DNA of 64,000 bases, from assembly GCA_964635045.1 (NCBI GenBank), contig CAZWMJ010000001.1, positions 21,234 through 85,233 on the forward strand, written 5' to 3'. The position numbers and the translations under genes were made by a program. The notes below the pieces were generated by a model. It was not told the DNA's origin, ran no database searches, and saw only the letters and a list, made by a program, of their open reading frames with translations. Within the stretch, counting starts at the first letter, position 1, and the number at the start of each line of letters is the position of its first letter. The stretch is from an uncultured Gammaproteobacteria bacterium. Its GTDB lineage: Bacteria > Patescibacteriota > Microgenomatia > Levybacterales > UBA12049. Shown in pieces: positions 52,712 to 60,253 of the stretch.

Positions 52712-53824
52712 ATGGGACGACAACCAAACGTTCAAAAAACAGCGCTCCCCAACGGCCCTACCCAACGACTAGGCTCAGGGCAGGCGGAATCTTCTAAAAA
52801 GCTTGAGGCAGTGCGTTTTGCCATGGAGCAAATCGAAAAGCAGTACGGCAGAGGTTCTATCATGCGCTTTGGTGAAGTTTCGCAAAAGTTTGATATTTCA
52901 GTTATTTCCACCGGTTGTCTTCCCGTGGATTTAGCGTTGGGGGTAGGCGGGGTTCCAAGAGGAAGAATAGTAGAAATCTTTGGTCCGGAAGCATCGGGAA
53001 AAACTACGATTTGTTTGTCAATTATCGCTCAAGCCCAGAAACATGGAGGGATTGCGGCTTTTATTGACGCGGAACATGCTTTGGATCCATTATGGGCAAA
53101 AACTCTTGGAGTCAAACTTGACGAACTTTTAATTTCCCAGCCGGATACGGGAGAACAAGCTTTGGAAATCACAGAAAGCTTAATCCGTTCAGGCGGAGTT
53201 GACGTTTTGGTGATAGATTCAGTGGCCGCTCTTGTTCCCCGCGCCGAAATAGAAGGAGAAATGGGAGATTCGATGATGGGACTTCAAGCCAGACTGATGT
53301 CTCAGGCTCTAAGAAAACTGACCGGAGTTATTTCCAAATCAAAAACAGTCGCTATTTTTACAAACCAGCTTAGGCAAAAAATCGGAGTAATGTTTGGAAA
53401 TCCGGAAACAACAACCGGCGGTTTGGCCCTGAAGTTTTATTCGTCTATTCGAATGGACGTGAGAAAAATTGAAACCATTAAAGATGGAGATTTGGCTATC
53501 GGTTCAAGACATAGAGTTAAGATAGTGAAGAATAAAGTGTCGGCGCCTTTTAGGATTGCCGAGTTTGATGTGATGGGCAATGAAGGAATATCCAGAGAAG
53601 GAGGAATTTTAGACGTGGGCGTGGAGATGGGAATTATTAGCAAGTCGGGAGCATTTTTTAGATATGGCGATTTGATGTTAGGACAAGGTAAAGAGGCAAC
53701 AAAAATGTTTTTGAAAGAAAAATCGGATATTGCCAAAAAAATAGTAGATGATATTTTAAAGAAAAGCAAAACCTCCGGCACTCCGGTTGAAGTGGGAGTT
53801 GAAGAAAAAGAATTAGCCGCTTAA
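52712..53824 (+). CDS. recA: recombinase RecA
   Basis: [25 protein letters not shown], Walker [42 protein letters not shown]. Confidence 0.98.
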   Translation: MGRQPNVQKTALPNGPTQRLGSGQAESSKKLEAVRFAMEQIEKQYGRGSIMRFGEVSQKFDISVISTGCLPVDLALGVGGVPRGRIVEIFGPEASGKTTICLSIIAQAQKHGGIAAFIDAEHALDPLWAKTLGVKLDELLISQPDTGEQALEITESLIRSGGVDVLVIDSVAALVPRAEIEGEMGDSMMGLQARLMSQALRKLTGVISKSKTVAIFTNQLRQKIGVMFGNPETTTGGLALKFYSSIRMDVRKIETIKDGDLAIGSRHRVKIVKNKVSAPFRIAEFDVMGNEGISREGGILDVGVEMGIISKSGAFFRYGDLMLGQGKEATKMFLKEKSDIAKKIVDDILKKSKTSGTPVEVGVEEKELAA

Positions 53825-54328
53825 ATGGAAGAGAAGTTTTATAATAAGGCTCTAAAGTTTTTATCATACAGACCCCGGTCGGAAAAAGAAGTAAGAGAAA
53901 ACCTTAAAAAGAAACCCTTCGGCCGCGGCTCAGGACCTTCGGAAACAGCTACTGAACTCATTATTAAAAAACTGAAAGATAAAAAATTTATTGACGATGA
54001 GGAGTTTGCAAAATGGTGGGTGGAAAGCAGGATAAGATTTAGGCCGCGAAGCATAAGACTTATTAAAATTGAGCTAAAGCAAAAGGGTATTGATAACGAA
54101 ATAATAGAGAAGATATTAAGCAGTGGAGATATTGAGATATTAAGTATAGACGCAGTGAAAAGATTAGTTGAAAAAAGACTTGAAAGATACAGCGGTTTGC
54201 CCAAAGAAAAAATTTATCAAAAGCTGGTAAGATTTTTGGCTGGCAAAGGTTTTGATTGGGACAGTATAAAACAGATGGTTGACCCCGCCAAAGGCGGGGT
54301 TGACGAAACACCGAAAAAGAGAGTATAA
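53825..54328 (+). CDS. recX: recombination regulator RecX
   Basis: YNKALKFLSYRPRSEKEVRENLKKK and repeated three-helix modules. Immediately follows recA. Confidence 0.85.
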   Translation: MEEKFYNKALKFLSYRPRSEKEVRENLKKKPFGRGSGPSETATELIIKKLKDKKFIDDEEFAKWWVESRIRFRPRSIRLIKIELKQKGIDNEIIEKILSSGDIEILSIDAVKRLVEKRLERYSGLPKEKIYQKLVRFLAGKGFDWDSIKQMVDPAKGGVDETPKKRV

Positions 54329-54405
54329 TAAAAGTTGAAGGCAATAGAAATTGTCAGAGGCAAGGTCAAAAACTATGAATCTATACCCTCGCATGACAAC
54401 TATTA

Positions 54406-54431
54406 AAAGAGCTTAATTTGCTCTTTTTCTT
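54406..54431 (+). terminator. rho-independent terminator candidate after recX (or leader hairpin of rny)
   Basis: AAAGAGC-TTAATTT-GCTCTTT followed by TTCTT. Confidence 0.55.
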
Positions 54432-54452
54432 CTGTTGGCTTCAAATATATTT

Positions 54453-55718
54453 ATGACTAATCCAAATCAAGACTTGCTGACGCTTGAGAAAAAACTACTT
54501 GAGAAAGAGGAGAGACTTGAGAGTGAGAAAGAAAAGTTAGAGAAAGAAAAAGCGCAGCTTGCGCAAAAGATTGAACAATACGTGGATCGCTTGCAAAAAG
54601 TCTCCGGCTTAACCGCAGAGGAAGCAAAGAAAGAATTATTTAGTCAGATAGAGCAAATGGAGGCGGAGAGTGTCGCCCGAATTATTAGAGAGAGGGAAGA
54701 AGAAGCAAAAGCGACCGCAGATCAAAAAGCGCAAGAAATAGTTATAGATAGCATGAGACATGGAGTCTTAAATTATATTGCGGAATACACGGTTTCAACT
54801 ATTAAAATACCGGATGAAGAGATGAAGGGGAGAATTATTGGCAAGGAAGGCCGCAACATTCGAGCTTTCGAACAGGTAACAGGTGTTGATATAGATTTGG
54901 ACGAAGAGGGAATTATTAGACTGTCGTCCTTTGATCAAATTCGCCGCGAGGTAGCCAGACGAGCTTTGGAAAAACTGCTAAAAGATGCGCGGATACAGCC
55001 GTTTCGCATTGAGGAAATTGTCCAACAGACAAAACAGGAAGTTGAAAAAGTAATGCTTGAAGAAGGAGAAAAATTAGCGCACGAGGCAGGCGTGTATAAT
55101 CTTCCTTCACCGATTCTTTCGGTATTGGGCCGCTTCAAATTTAGAACTTCTTTTGGCCAAAATCTGATTGTGCATACTTTGGAGGAAACCAAAATTGCCG
55201 TGCATATTGCCGAAGAGGTAGGCGCGGACGTTAATATTGTTCGTCTGGGATGTTTATTTCACGACATTGGTAAAGTTTTAGAGGGAGAGGGAAGCCACGT
55301 GAAGTTGGGAGTAGAGTTTTTGAAACGTTTTAATATCCCACAAAAGATTATTAATTGCGTTGGGGAGCATCATGAAGATACGCCATTTACATCAATGGAA
55401 TCGGTAATAGTGCATATTGCGGATCAAATCTCAGGGGCCAGACCCGGCGCCCGATATGAAGATTATGAAAATTATGTCAAAAGACTTAAAGAGATGGAAA
55501 AGATAGCAAAAAATCATGAAGGAGTTGAAGATGCGTACGCATTCGAAGCGGGACGAGAACTGCGGGTTATTATAAATCCAGGTGTTCTTGATGATGCCAA
55601 TACGGTTTTGGTTGCCCGAAAAATTCAGGAAGAAGTCAGCCGTTCATTGGTAGTGCCCGGTGAAGTAAAGGTGACAGCCATTCGTGAGTTCCGCGCCGTC
55701 TCTTCACAATCTTCCTAA
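54453..55718 (+). CDS. rny: ribonuclease Y (no N-terminal membrane anchor)
   Basis: Coiled coil, KH domain (IGKEGRNIRAFEQVTGVDI) and HD domain (LFHDIGK...GEHHED). The ATG at 54453 is preferred (the track start at 54435 is TTG). Confidence 0.9.
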   Translation: MTNPNQDLLTLEKKLLEKEERLESEKEKLEKEKAQLAQKIEQYVDRLQKVSGLTAEEAKKELFSQIEQMEAESVARIIREREEEAKATADQKAQEIVIDSMRHGVLNYIAEYTVSTIKIPDEEMKGRIIGKEGRNIRAFEQVTGVDIDLDEEGIIRLSSFDQIRREVARRALEKLLKDARIQPFRIEEIVQQTKQEVEKVMLEEGEKLAHEAGVYNLPSPILSVLGRFKFRTSFGQNLIVHTLEETKIAVHIAEEVGADVNIVRLGCLFHDIGKVLEGEGSHVKLGVEFLKRFNIPQKIINCVGEHHEDTPFTSMESVIVHIADQISGARPGARYEDYENYVKRLKEMEKIAKNHEGVEDAYAFEAGRELRVIINPGVLDDANTVLVARKIQEEVSRSLVVPGEVKVTAIREFRAVSSQSS

Positions 55719-55726
55719 ATGGGGAC

Positions 55727-55755
55727 TTGACAACGTGTTGTTTTCATTGTATTGT
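55727..55755 (+). promoter_or_regulatory. promoter TTGACA-17-TATTGT upstream of hup
   Basis: TTGACA at 55727-55732, a 17-nt spacer, TATTGT at 55750-55755. Confidence 0.5.
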
Positions 55756-55803
55756 TGAGCTAATTAAAAGTAGAACATTCTGTCCAGGAGGGGGTGAAAA
55801 AAT

Positions 55804-56076
55804 TTGACAAAGAAAGACCTCATAGAATTAGTAGCTAAAAAAGCAAACCTTACCAATAAGGCTGCCAGAGATGCAGTCCAATCGTTTATCAATGCCATCC
55901 GAGATTCGTTAAAGAGAAGCGAAAAGGTTGTTATTACCGGCTTTGGGACCTTTAGCATCAGAAAACGCGCAGCTCGTCCGGGAAGAAATCCAAAGACTGG
56001 AGAAAAAATTACCATTGAAGCAAGAAAAGCTCCAGGCTTTACTGCCGGAAAGACCTTGAAAAAGGCGGTACGATAA
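55804..56076 (+). CDS. hup: HU family DNA-binding protein
   Basis: TTG start behind GGAGGGGG. MTKKDLIELVAKKANLTNKAARDAVQSFINAI...GFGTFSIRKRAARPGRNPKTGEKI. Confidence 0.95.
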   Translation: MTKKDLIELVAKKANLTNKAARDAVQSFINAIRDSLKRSEKVVITGFGTFSIRKRAARPGRNPKTGEKITIEARKAPGFTAGKTLKKAVR

Positions 56077-56096
56077 ATTAGTATTGGAAAGGATAA

Positions 56097-56132
56097 AAGA
56101 AGTTTTCCAAGAAATTGGAAGGCTTCTTTTTT
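56097..56132 (+). terminator. strong rho-independent terminator after hup
   Basis: A stem of about 14 bp with apex TTCCAA-GAAA-TTGGAA, extended by GAAG/CTTC, followed by TTTTTT. Confidence 0.8.
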
Positions 56133-56146
56133 GATATAATAAATAG

Positions 56147-57124
56147 GTGACAATTTCCGTTTCACATCTTTCTAAATATTATCAAGTATACAAAAAAGAA
56201 CAGGGATTTTTGGGCGGAGTAAAATCAGTGTTTGCTCGAAAATATGAGACGGTAAAGGCGGTAGATGATATCTCTTTTGAGATACAGGAAGGAGAGCTTG
56301 TTGGTTTTATCGGACCAAATGGGGCGGGTAAAACTACCACGCTTAAATGTTTATCAGGGCTTCTTTATCCGACAAAAGGAGAAATTTCGGTTTTGAGTTT
56401 TACTCCATATGAACGCAAAAATCAATTCCTCAAACAGATTTCTTTGGTGATGGGACAGAAAAACCAATTATGGTGGGATTTGCCCCCTATCGATTCATTC
56501 CTTTTAAATAAAGAAATTTATGATATCTCAAAATCTAAATTCGATGAAACACTATCAAGTTTAGTAAAACTTTTAGAGATGGAGGAGTATTTACGTGTGC
56601 CGGTTAGGAAATTATCTTTAGGACAGCGGATGAAGTGCGAGCTGGTGGCGGCTTTGATTCATCAGCCGAAAGTGTTGTTTCTAGACGAACCGACAATAGG
56701 ACTTGATGTTATTATGCAGAAGAATTTGCGTGAATTTATTAAAGAATATAATAAACGCTACAAAGCCACTATTATTTTGACAAGTCATTATATGGGTGAT
56801 GTGGAAGCTCTTTGTAAAAGAGTAATTATTATAAATTTTGGTAAAATTCTTTTTGACGGATTACTCTTAGATCTTATAAAAAAATATGCGCCGTATAAAA
56901 TAATAAGCGTAGTATTTAGCGATTATGTTGATCCCAAAAAACTGAACGACTTTGTAAATGTCAAAAAATTTCTTTATCCGCAATTGATAATCCGTGTGGC
57001 CAGAGAGCAGTCTGGTAAAATTGCTTCAAAAATTATGAAATCTTTTCCTGTGGAAGATTTAAATATTGAGGATCCGGATATAGAAGATGTGATAGGAGAT
57101 GTGTTTAGCAGACAAAATTTATGA
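56147..57124 (+). CDS. ABC transporter ATP-binding protein
   Basis: GTG start. Walker A GPNGAGKTT, signature LSLGQRMK, Walker B LFLDEPT. Confidence 0.9.
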   Translation: MTISVSHLSKYYQVYKKEQGFLGGVKSVFARKYETVKAVDDISFEIQEGELVGFIGPNGAGKTTTLKCLSGLLYPTKGEISVLSFTPYERKNQFLKQISLVMGQKNQLWWDLPPIDSFLLNKEIYDISKSKFDETLSSLVKLLEMEEYLRVPVRKLSLGQRMKCELVAALIHQPKVLFLDEPTIGLDVIMQKNLREFIKEYNKRYKATIILTSHYMGDVEALCKRVIIINFGKILFDGLLLDLIKKYAPYKIISVVFSDYVDPKKLNDFVNVKKFLYPQLIIRVAREQSGKIASKIMKSFPVEDLNIEDPDIEDVIGDVFSRQNL

Positions 57125-57915
57125 AAAAGTATTTTTTGATTGTCAAAAATACTTGGGATGAGGTGTTCACCTACAGAGTAAATTTTTTAATGTGGCGGGT
57201 AAGAGGCGTTGTTATTTTAGTTTCTCTGTACTTTATTTGGTTAGCGGTTCTGCCGGATAAAGGGACGCTTTTTGGCTACAGCCGGTCTCTGATGCTTACC
57301 TATATTTTGGGAACATCGTTTCTTTCCGCAATTATTTTTTCTTCAAGAAGTTATGCTATTGGCGATGAGATCAATCAGGGAAACCTCTCAAATTATCTTA
57401 TCCGTCCGGTAAATTATTTTTTGTATTGGTTTGCCAAGGATGTTGGCGATAAGGCGATGAATATTGTTCTTTCACTCATCGAACTTACTCTATTATTTTT
57501 TCTTCTTCGTCCTCCATTTTTTCTTCAAACAAATCCTTTCCATCTGATTCTTTTTCTTCTCTCTCTTGTTTTGGCTATTATCCTCTATTTTCTATTGAAT
57601 CTTTTGATGGGTTTTATCGGGTTTTGGAGCGCCGAGGTGTGGGCGCCCAGATTTATTTTTTTTATGATTTCCAGTTTTCTGGCCGGCGGATATTTCCCGC
57701 TCGATGTTCTCCCAAAGGAAGTTAGCTTTCTTTTCCAAACATTGCCTTTTGGTTATCTTCTCTTTTTCCCCCTCAAAATATATCTTGGGCAGCTGCCGCT
57801 TGGGGAAATAGAAAGAGGTTTTGTTATTTCCTTTATTTGGGTTTTACTGCTTTTCGTTTTGGCCAAGTTTATCTGGATAAAAGGTTTACGAATTTATACG
57901 GCGCAAGGACGGTAA
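57121..57915 (+). CDS. ABC-2 family transporter permease
   Basis: 264 aa with about 6 TM helices. 4-nt overlap with the ATPase gene. Confidence 0.7.
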   Translation: MKKYFLIVKNTWDEVFTYRVNFLMWRVRGVVILVSLYFIWLAVLPDKGTLFGYSRSLMLTYILGTSFLSAIIFSSRSYAIGDEINQGNLSNYLIRPVNYFLYWFAKDVGDKAMNIVLSLIELTLLFFLLRPPFFLQTNPFHLILFLLSLVLAIILYFLLNLLMGFIGFWSAEVWAPRFIFFMISSFLAGGYFPLDVLPKEVSFLFQTLPFGYLLFFPLKIYLGQLPLGEIERGFVISFIWVLLLFVLAKFIWIKGLRIYTAQGR

Positions 57916-57917
57916 AT

Positions 57918-58700
57918 ATGGGTAAATACATAAAAATATGGTGGATGATGATGGGGTTGACGTCGCAAATAGCTTTTCTGTCGCGATTTGGAGCGGCGAT
58001 TTTTATCGCAGGCAAAATGTTGCGTTTTGTCTTTTTTCTTTTCTTTGTTCTTCTTTTAGTCGGAAAAACAAGGACGATTCTTACTTACTCGCTTTGGCAG
58101 ATAATCCTGTTCTTTTTTACCTTCAATCTGGTTGATATTACGGCCCAACTTTTTTTGCGAGAGGTCTATCGATTTCGCGCATACGTTATCAACGGCACGC
58201 TTGACTATATCCTTTCCAAACCTTTCTCTCCTCTTTTCAGAGTTCTTTTTGGCGGAAGCGATTTTTTAGATATTCCCATGCTGATTATCGCTGTCGTTTC
58301 AATTATCGTGGCGGCCTCCAATATGGGAGGGCTTTCTTTCAGCAATATACTTCTTTACATTATTCTTATTTTTAATGCCTTTATTATTACCCTTTCTTTT
58401 CATATTGTCGTTTTGGCGCTTGGTGTTTTGACAACTGAGGTGGATAGCACTCTTTTTCTCTACCGCGACCTGACCCAGATGGGAAGGCTGCCTGTGGATA
58501 TTTATCACGAACCATTACGAAGTTTTATTACCTTTATTATACCGATTGGGATTATGATGACTTTTCCGGTCAAGGCTCTGATGGGGCTTATTACCCCGCA
58601 AATAACAGTAGTGTCATTTGCCATAGGAGGATTATTATTTTTTATTTCTTTGCGCTTTTGGAGATTTGCCCTCAAACGCTACGCCAGCGCAAGCAGTTAG
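57918..58700 (+). CDS. ABC-2 family transporter permease (second subunit)
   Basis: The ATG at 57918 (MGKYIKIWWMM) is preferred over the track start at 57837, which overlaps the previous gene. Polytopic. Confidence 0.7.
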   Translation: MGKYIKIWWMMMGLTSQIAFLSRFGAAIFIAGKMLRFVFFLFFVLLLVGKTRTILTYSLWQIILFFFTFNLVDITAQLFLREVYRFRAYVINGTLDYILSKPFSPLFRVLFGGSDFLDIPMLIIAVVSIIVAASNMGGLSFSNILLYIILIFNAFIITLSFHIVVLALGVLTTEVDSTLFLYRDLTQMGRLPVDIYHEPLRSFITFIIPIGIMMTFPVKALMGLITPQITVVSFAIGGLLFFISLRFWRFALKRYASASS

Positions 58701-58722
58701 GGAAATTTGATATAATAAAGAT

Positions 58723-59751
58723 ATGACTATTAGACTTAGGACTGTATTTTTTATCTTGTTGGGCATTATTTTTTTGTGGTTTATTTATATTGAAAGAACA
58801 ATACTTTCCCCATTTATATTTGGGGCAGTTTTTGCTTATCTTTTTAATCCGCTGATTAATTTTCTTTCCCAAAAAATTCGTCTGCCCCGAAGTTTATCAA
58901 TAATCACGATTTATCTAACTATTAGCGCCCTGATTACCGTTGCCGGGATTGGTCTGACAAGACGGGTAATTGCCGAGTCTTCGGAATTTAGCGATTATAT
59001 AAATCAATTAATTATTTCGACAAAAGCTAATGTTAATGCTCTTCCCGATTGGATAAGGCCAACAATAAATGATACTTTACTTTCTGTTGAACAATCAAAA
59101 CTATTTTCTCCTGCCGATCTTTTCTCGCTTTTTCCCCAGGCGTTTTCTCGAATAGTCAGTTTTATATTATTTATTTTTTCCGGTTTTTATTTTTTGAAGG
59201 AAGGAAGAGAGATGGTTGACAAACTGCTTAATTTAGTGCCCAAAGACCATAGAATAGATGTAGAGATTTTAGTCAGACGAATTAACGCGGTACTTCAGGG
59301 ATATTTGCGCGGGCAAATCTTTCTGGTTTTTCTTATTTCGGTCATTCTTTTCATAGCGCTTAGTGTTTTGGGAGTTAGGTTTGCTCTTATTCTGGCATTC
59401 TTTTCAGGAATCGCCGAGATAGTGCCGATTATCGGTCCGATAGTTGCAACCTCTGTTGCTGCTACTGTAGCATTCTTTAGCGGAAATTTGAATTTTTCTC
59501 TAACTCCTGTTCAAGGAGTAATTGCCGTTATTGTAACTTATACTCTAGTGCGGCAAGTTCAGGATTATTTTATCAATCCTTATGTGATGGGCAAGATTAC
59601 CAAATTGCACCCGTTGATTATTTTATTTTCGGTACTGGCCGGAGAGCATATTTGGGGATTGCCCGGTTTGATTTTGGCCGTTCCGACAGCAGCGGTTGTT
59701 AAAATTTTTCTTGAGGCCTGTTTTGACAAGATTAACGAGCAAAAAAAGTAA
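58723..59751 (+). CDS. AI-2E family transporter (PerM/UPF0118-like permease)
   Basis: 342 aa with about 8 TM helices. The topology and the C-terminal GLPGLILAVP block are typical of the family. Confidence 0.6.
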   Translation: MTIRLRTVFFILLGIIFLWFIYIERTILSPFIFGAVFAYLFNPLINFLSQKIRLPRSLSIITIYLTISALITVAGIGLTRRVIAESSEFSDYINQLIISTKANVNALPDWIRPTINDTLLSVEQSKLFSPADLFSLFPQAFSRIVSFILFIFSGFYFLKEGREMVDKLLNLVPKDHRIDVEILVRRINAVLQGYLRGQIFLVFLISVILFIALSVLGVRFALILAFFSGIAEIVPIIGPIVATSVAATVAFFSGNLNFSLTPVQGVIAVIVTYTLVRQVQDYFINPYVMGKITKLHPLIILFSVLAGEHIWGLPGLILAVPTAAVVKIFLEACFDKINEQKK

Positions 59752-59784
59752 AAATATCCTAAGAAGAGAGAATAAGCCAGATTC

Positions 59785-60232
59785 TGTTTTTAAACCGCAA
59801 TCTATCTCAGTTGTGATATAAGTCACTCCTGTCCCGCCGACGGCGGGTTGCCCTTGACTTGATACTTCCGTAAAGCTGGTTTGCCCCAAGTTTAGCTCGG
59901 GGATTTCGTATCATTCTAAGGTTGCAGCAGGTAGGATTGCCCGTTTCACTCCCACTCGTCTCTGTTGCTCTCAAGTCTTGTCATTTCAAGACTTGTTCCA
60001 TATTCCATATGTGGGTGAAGAATATGGACACTAGCCCCGCCTAATTTTTGCCATTCGCCTTTTCACTACTATTCGTAGACGGCTCATGGTGCAAATTTTG
60101 GCGGGGGTCGGAGCTTACGCTCCATCCCCGGCTTTACCAGGTACCGTATGGCACCTGGCTTTACCCCTGTCTGGACTTTCCTGTCGCCCGCAACTGTGTA
60201 GCTGTTGGCGACTAGCGGTCCTTCTTCCTAGG
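59785..60232 (-). ncRNA. rnpB: RNase P RNA (bacterial type)
   Basis: ORF-free, GC-enriched segment. The reverse strand carries the universal AGGAAAGTCC (plus-strand GGACTTTCC at 60173-60181), GAGAGCAACAGAGACGAG (compare E. coli TGCAACAGAGAGCAA), GGGAGTGAAACGGG, and the 3' ACAGGAGTGACTTAT (compare ACAGAACCCGGCTTAT). P1-like pairing occurs between about 60215-60221 and 59792-59798. The ends are approximate. Confidence 0.82.
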
Positions 60233-60253
60233 ACAAGCATATTATACCATATT

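Noticed and set aside
54351-54379. Promoter TTGTCA-17-TATGAA upstream of the recX-rny hairpin
   Set aside because: The -10 element lacks the conserved final T, so the evidence is too weak. It would, however, create another promoter-hairpin-start arrangement if real.
56135-56149. Leaderless GTG start for the ABC ATPase (TATAAT at 56135-56140, GTG at 56147)
   Set aside because: Leaderless initiation normally needs AUG. The -10-like hexamer overlaps the hup terminator T-tract and may be fortuitous. The gene call is kept and the promoter is not reported.
55764-56165. 133-aa reverse-strand ORF over hup
   Set aside because: The HU gene on the + strand is unmistakable and is flanked by its own promoter, SD and strong terminator. 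The antisense ORF spans these signals.
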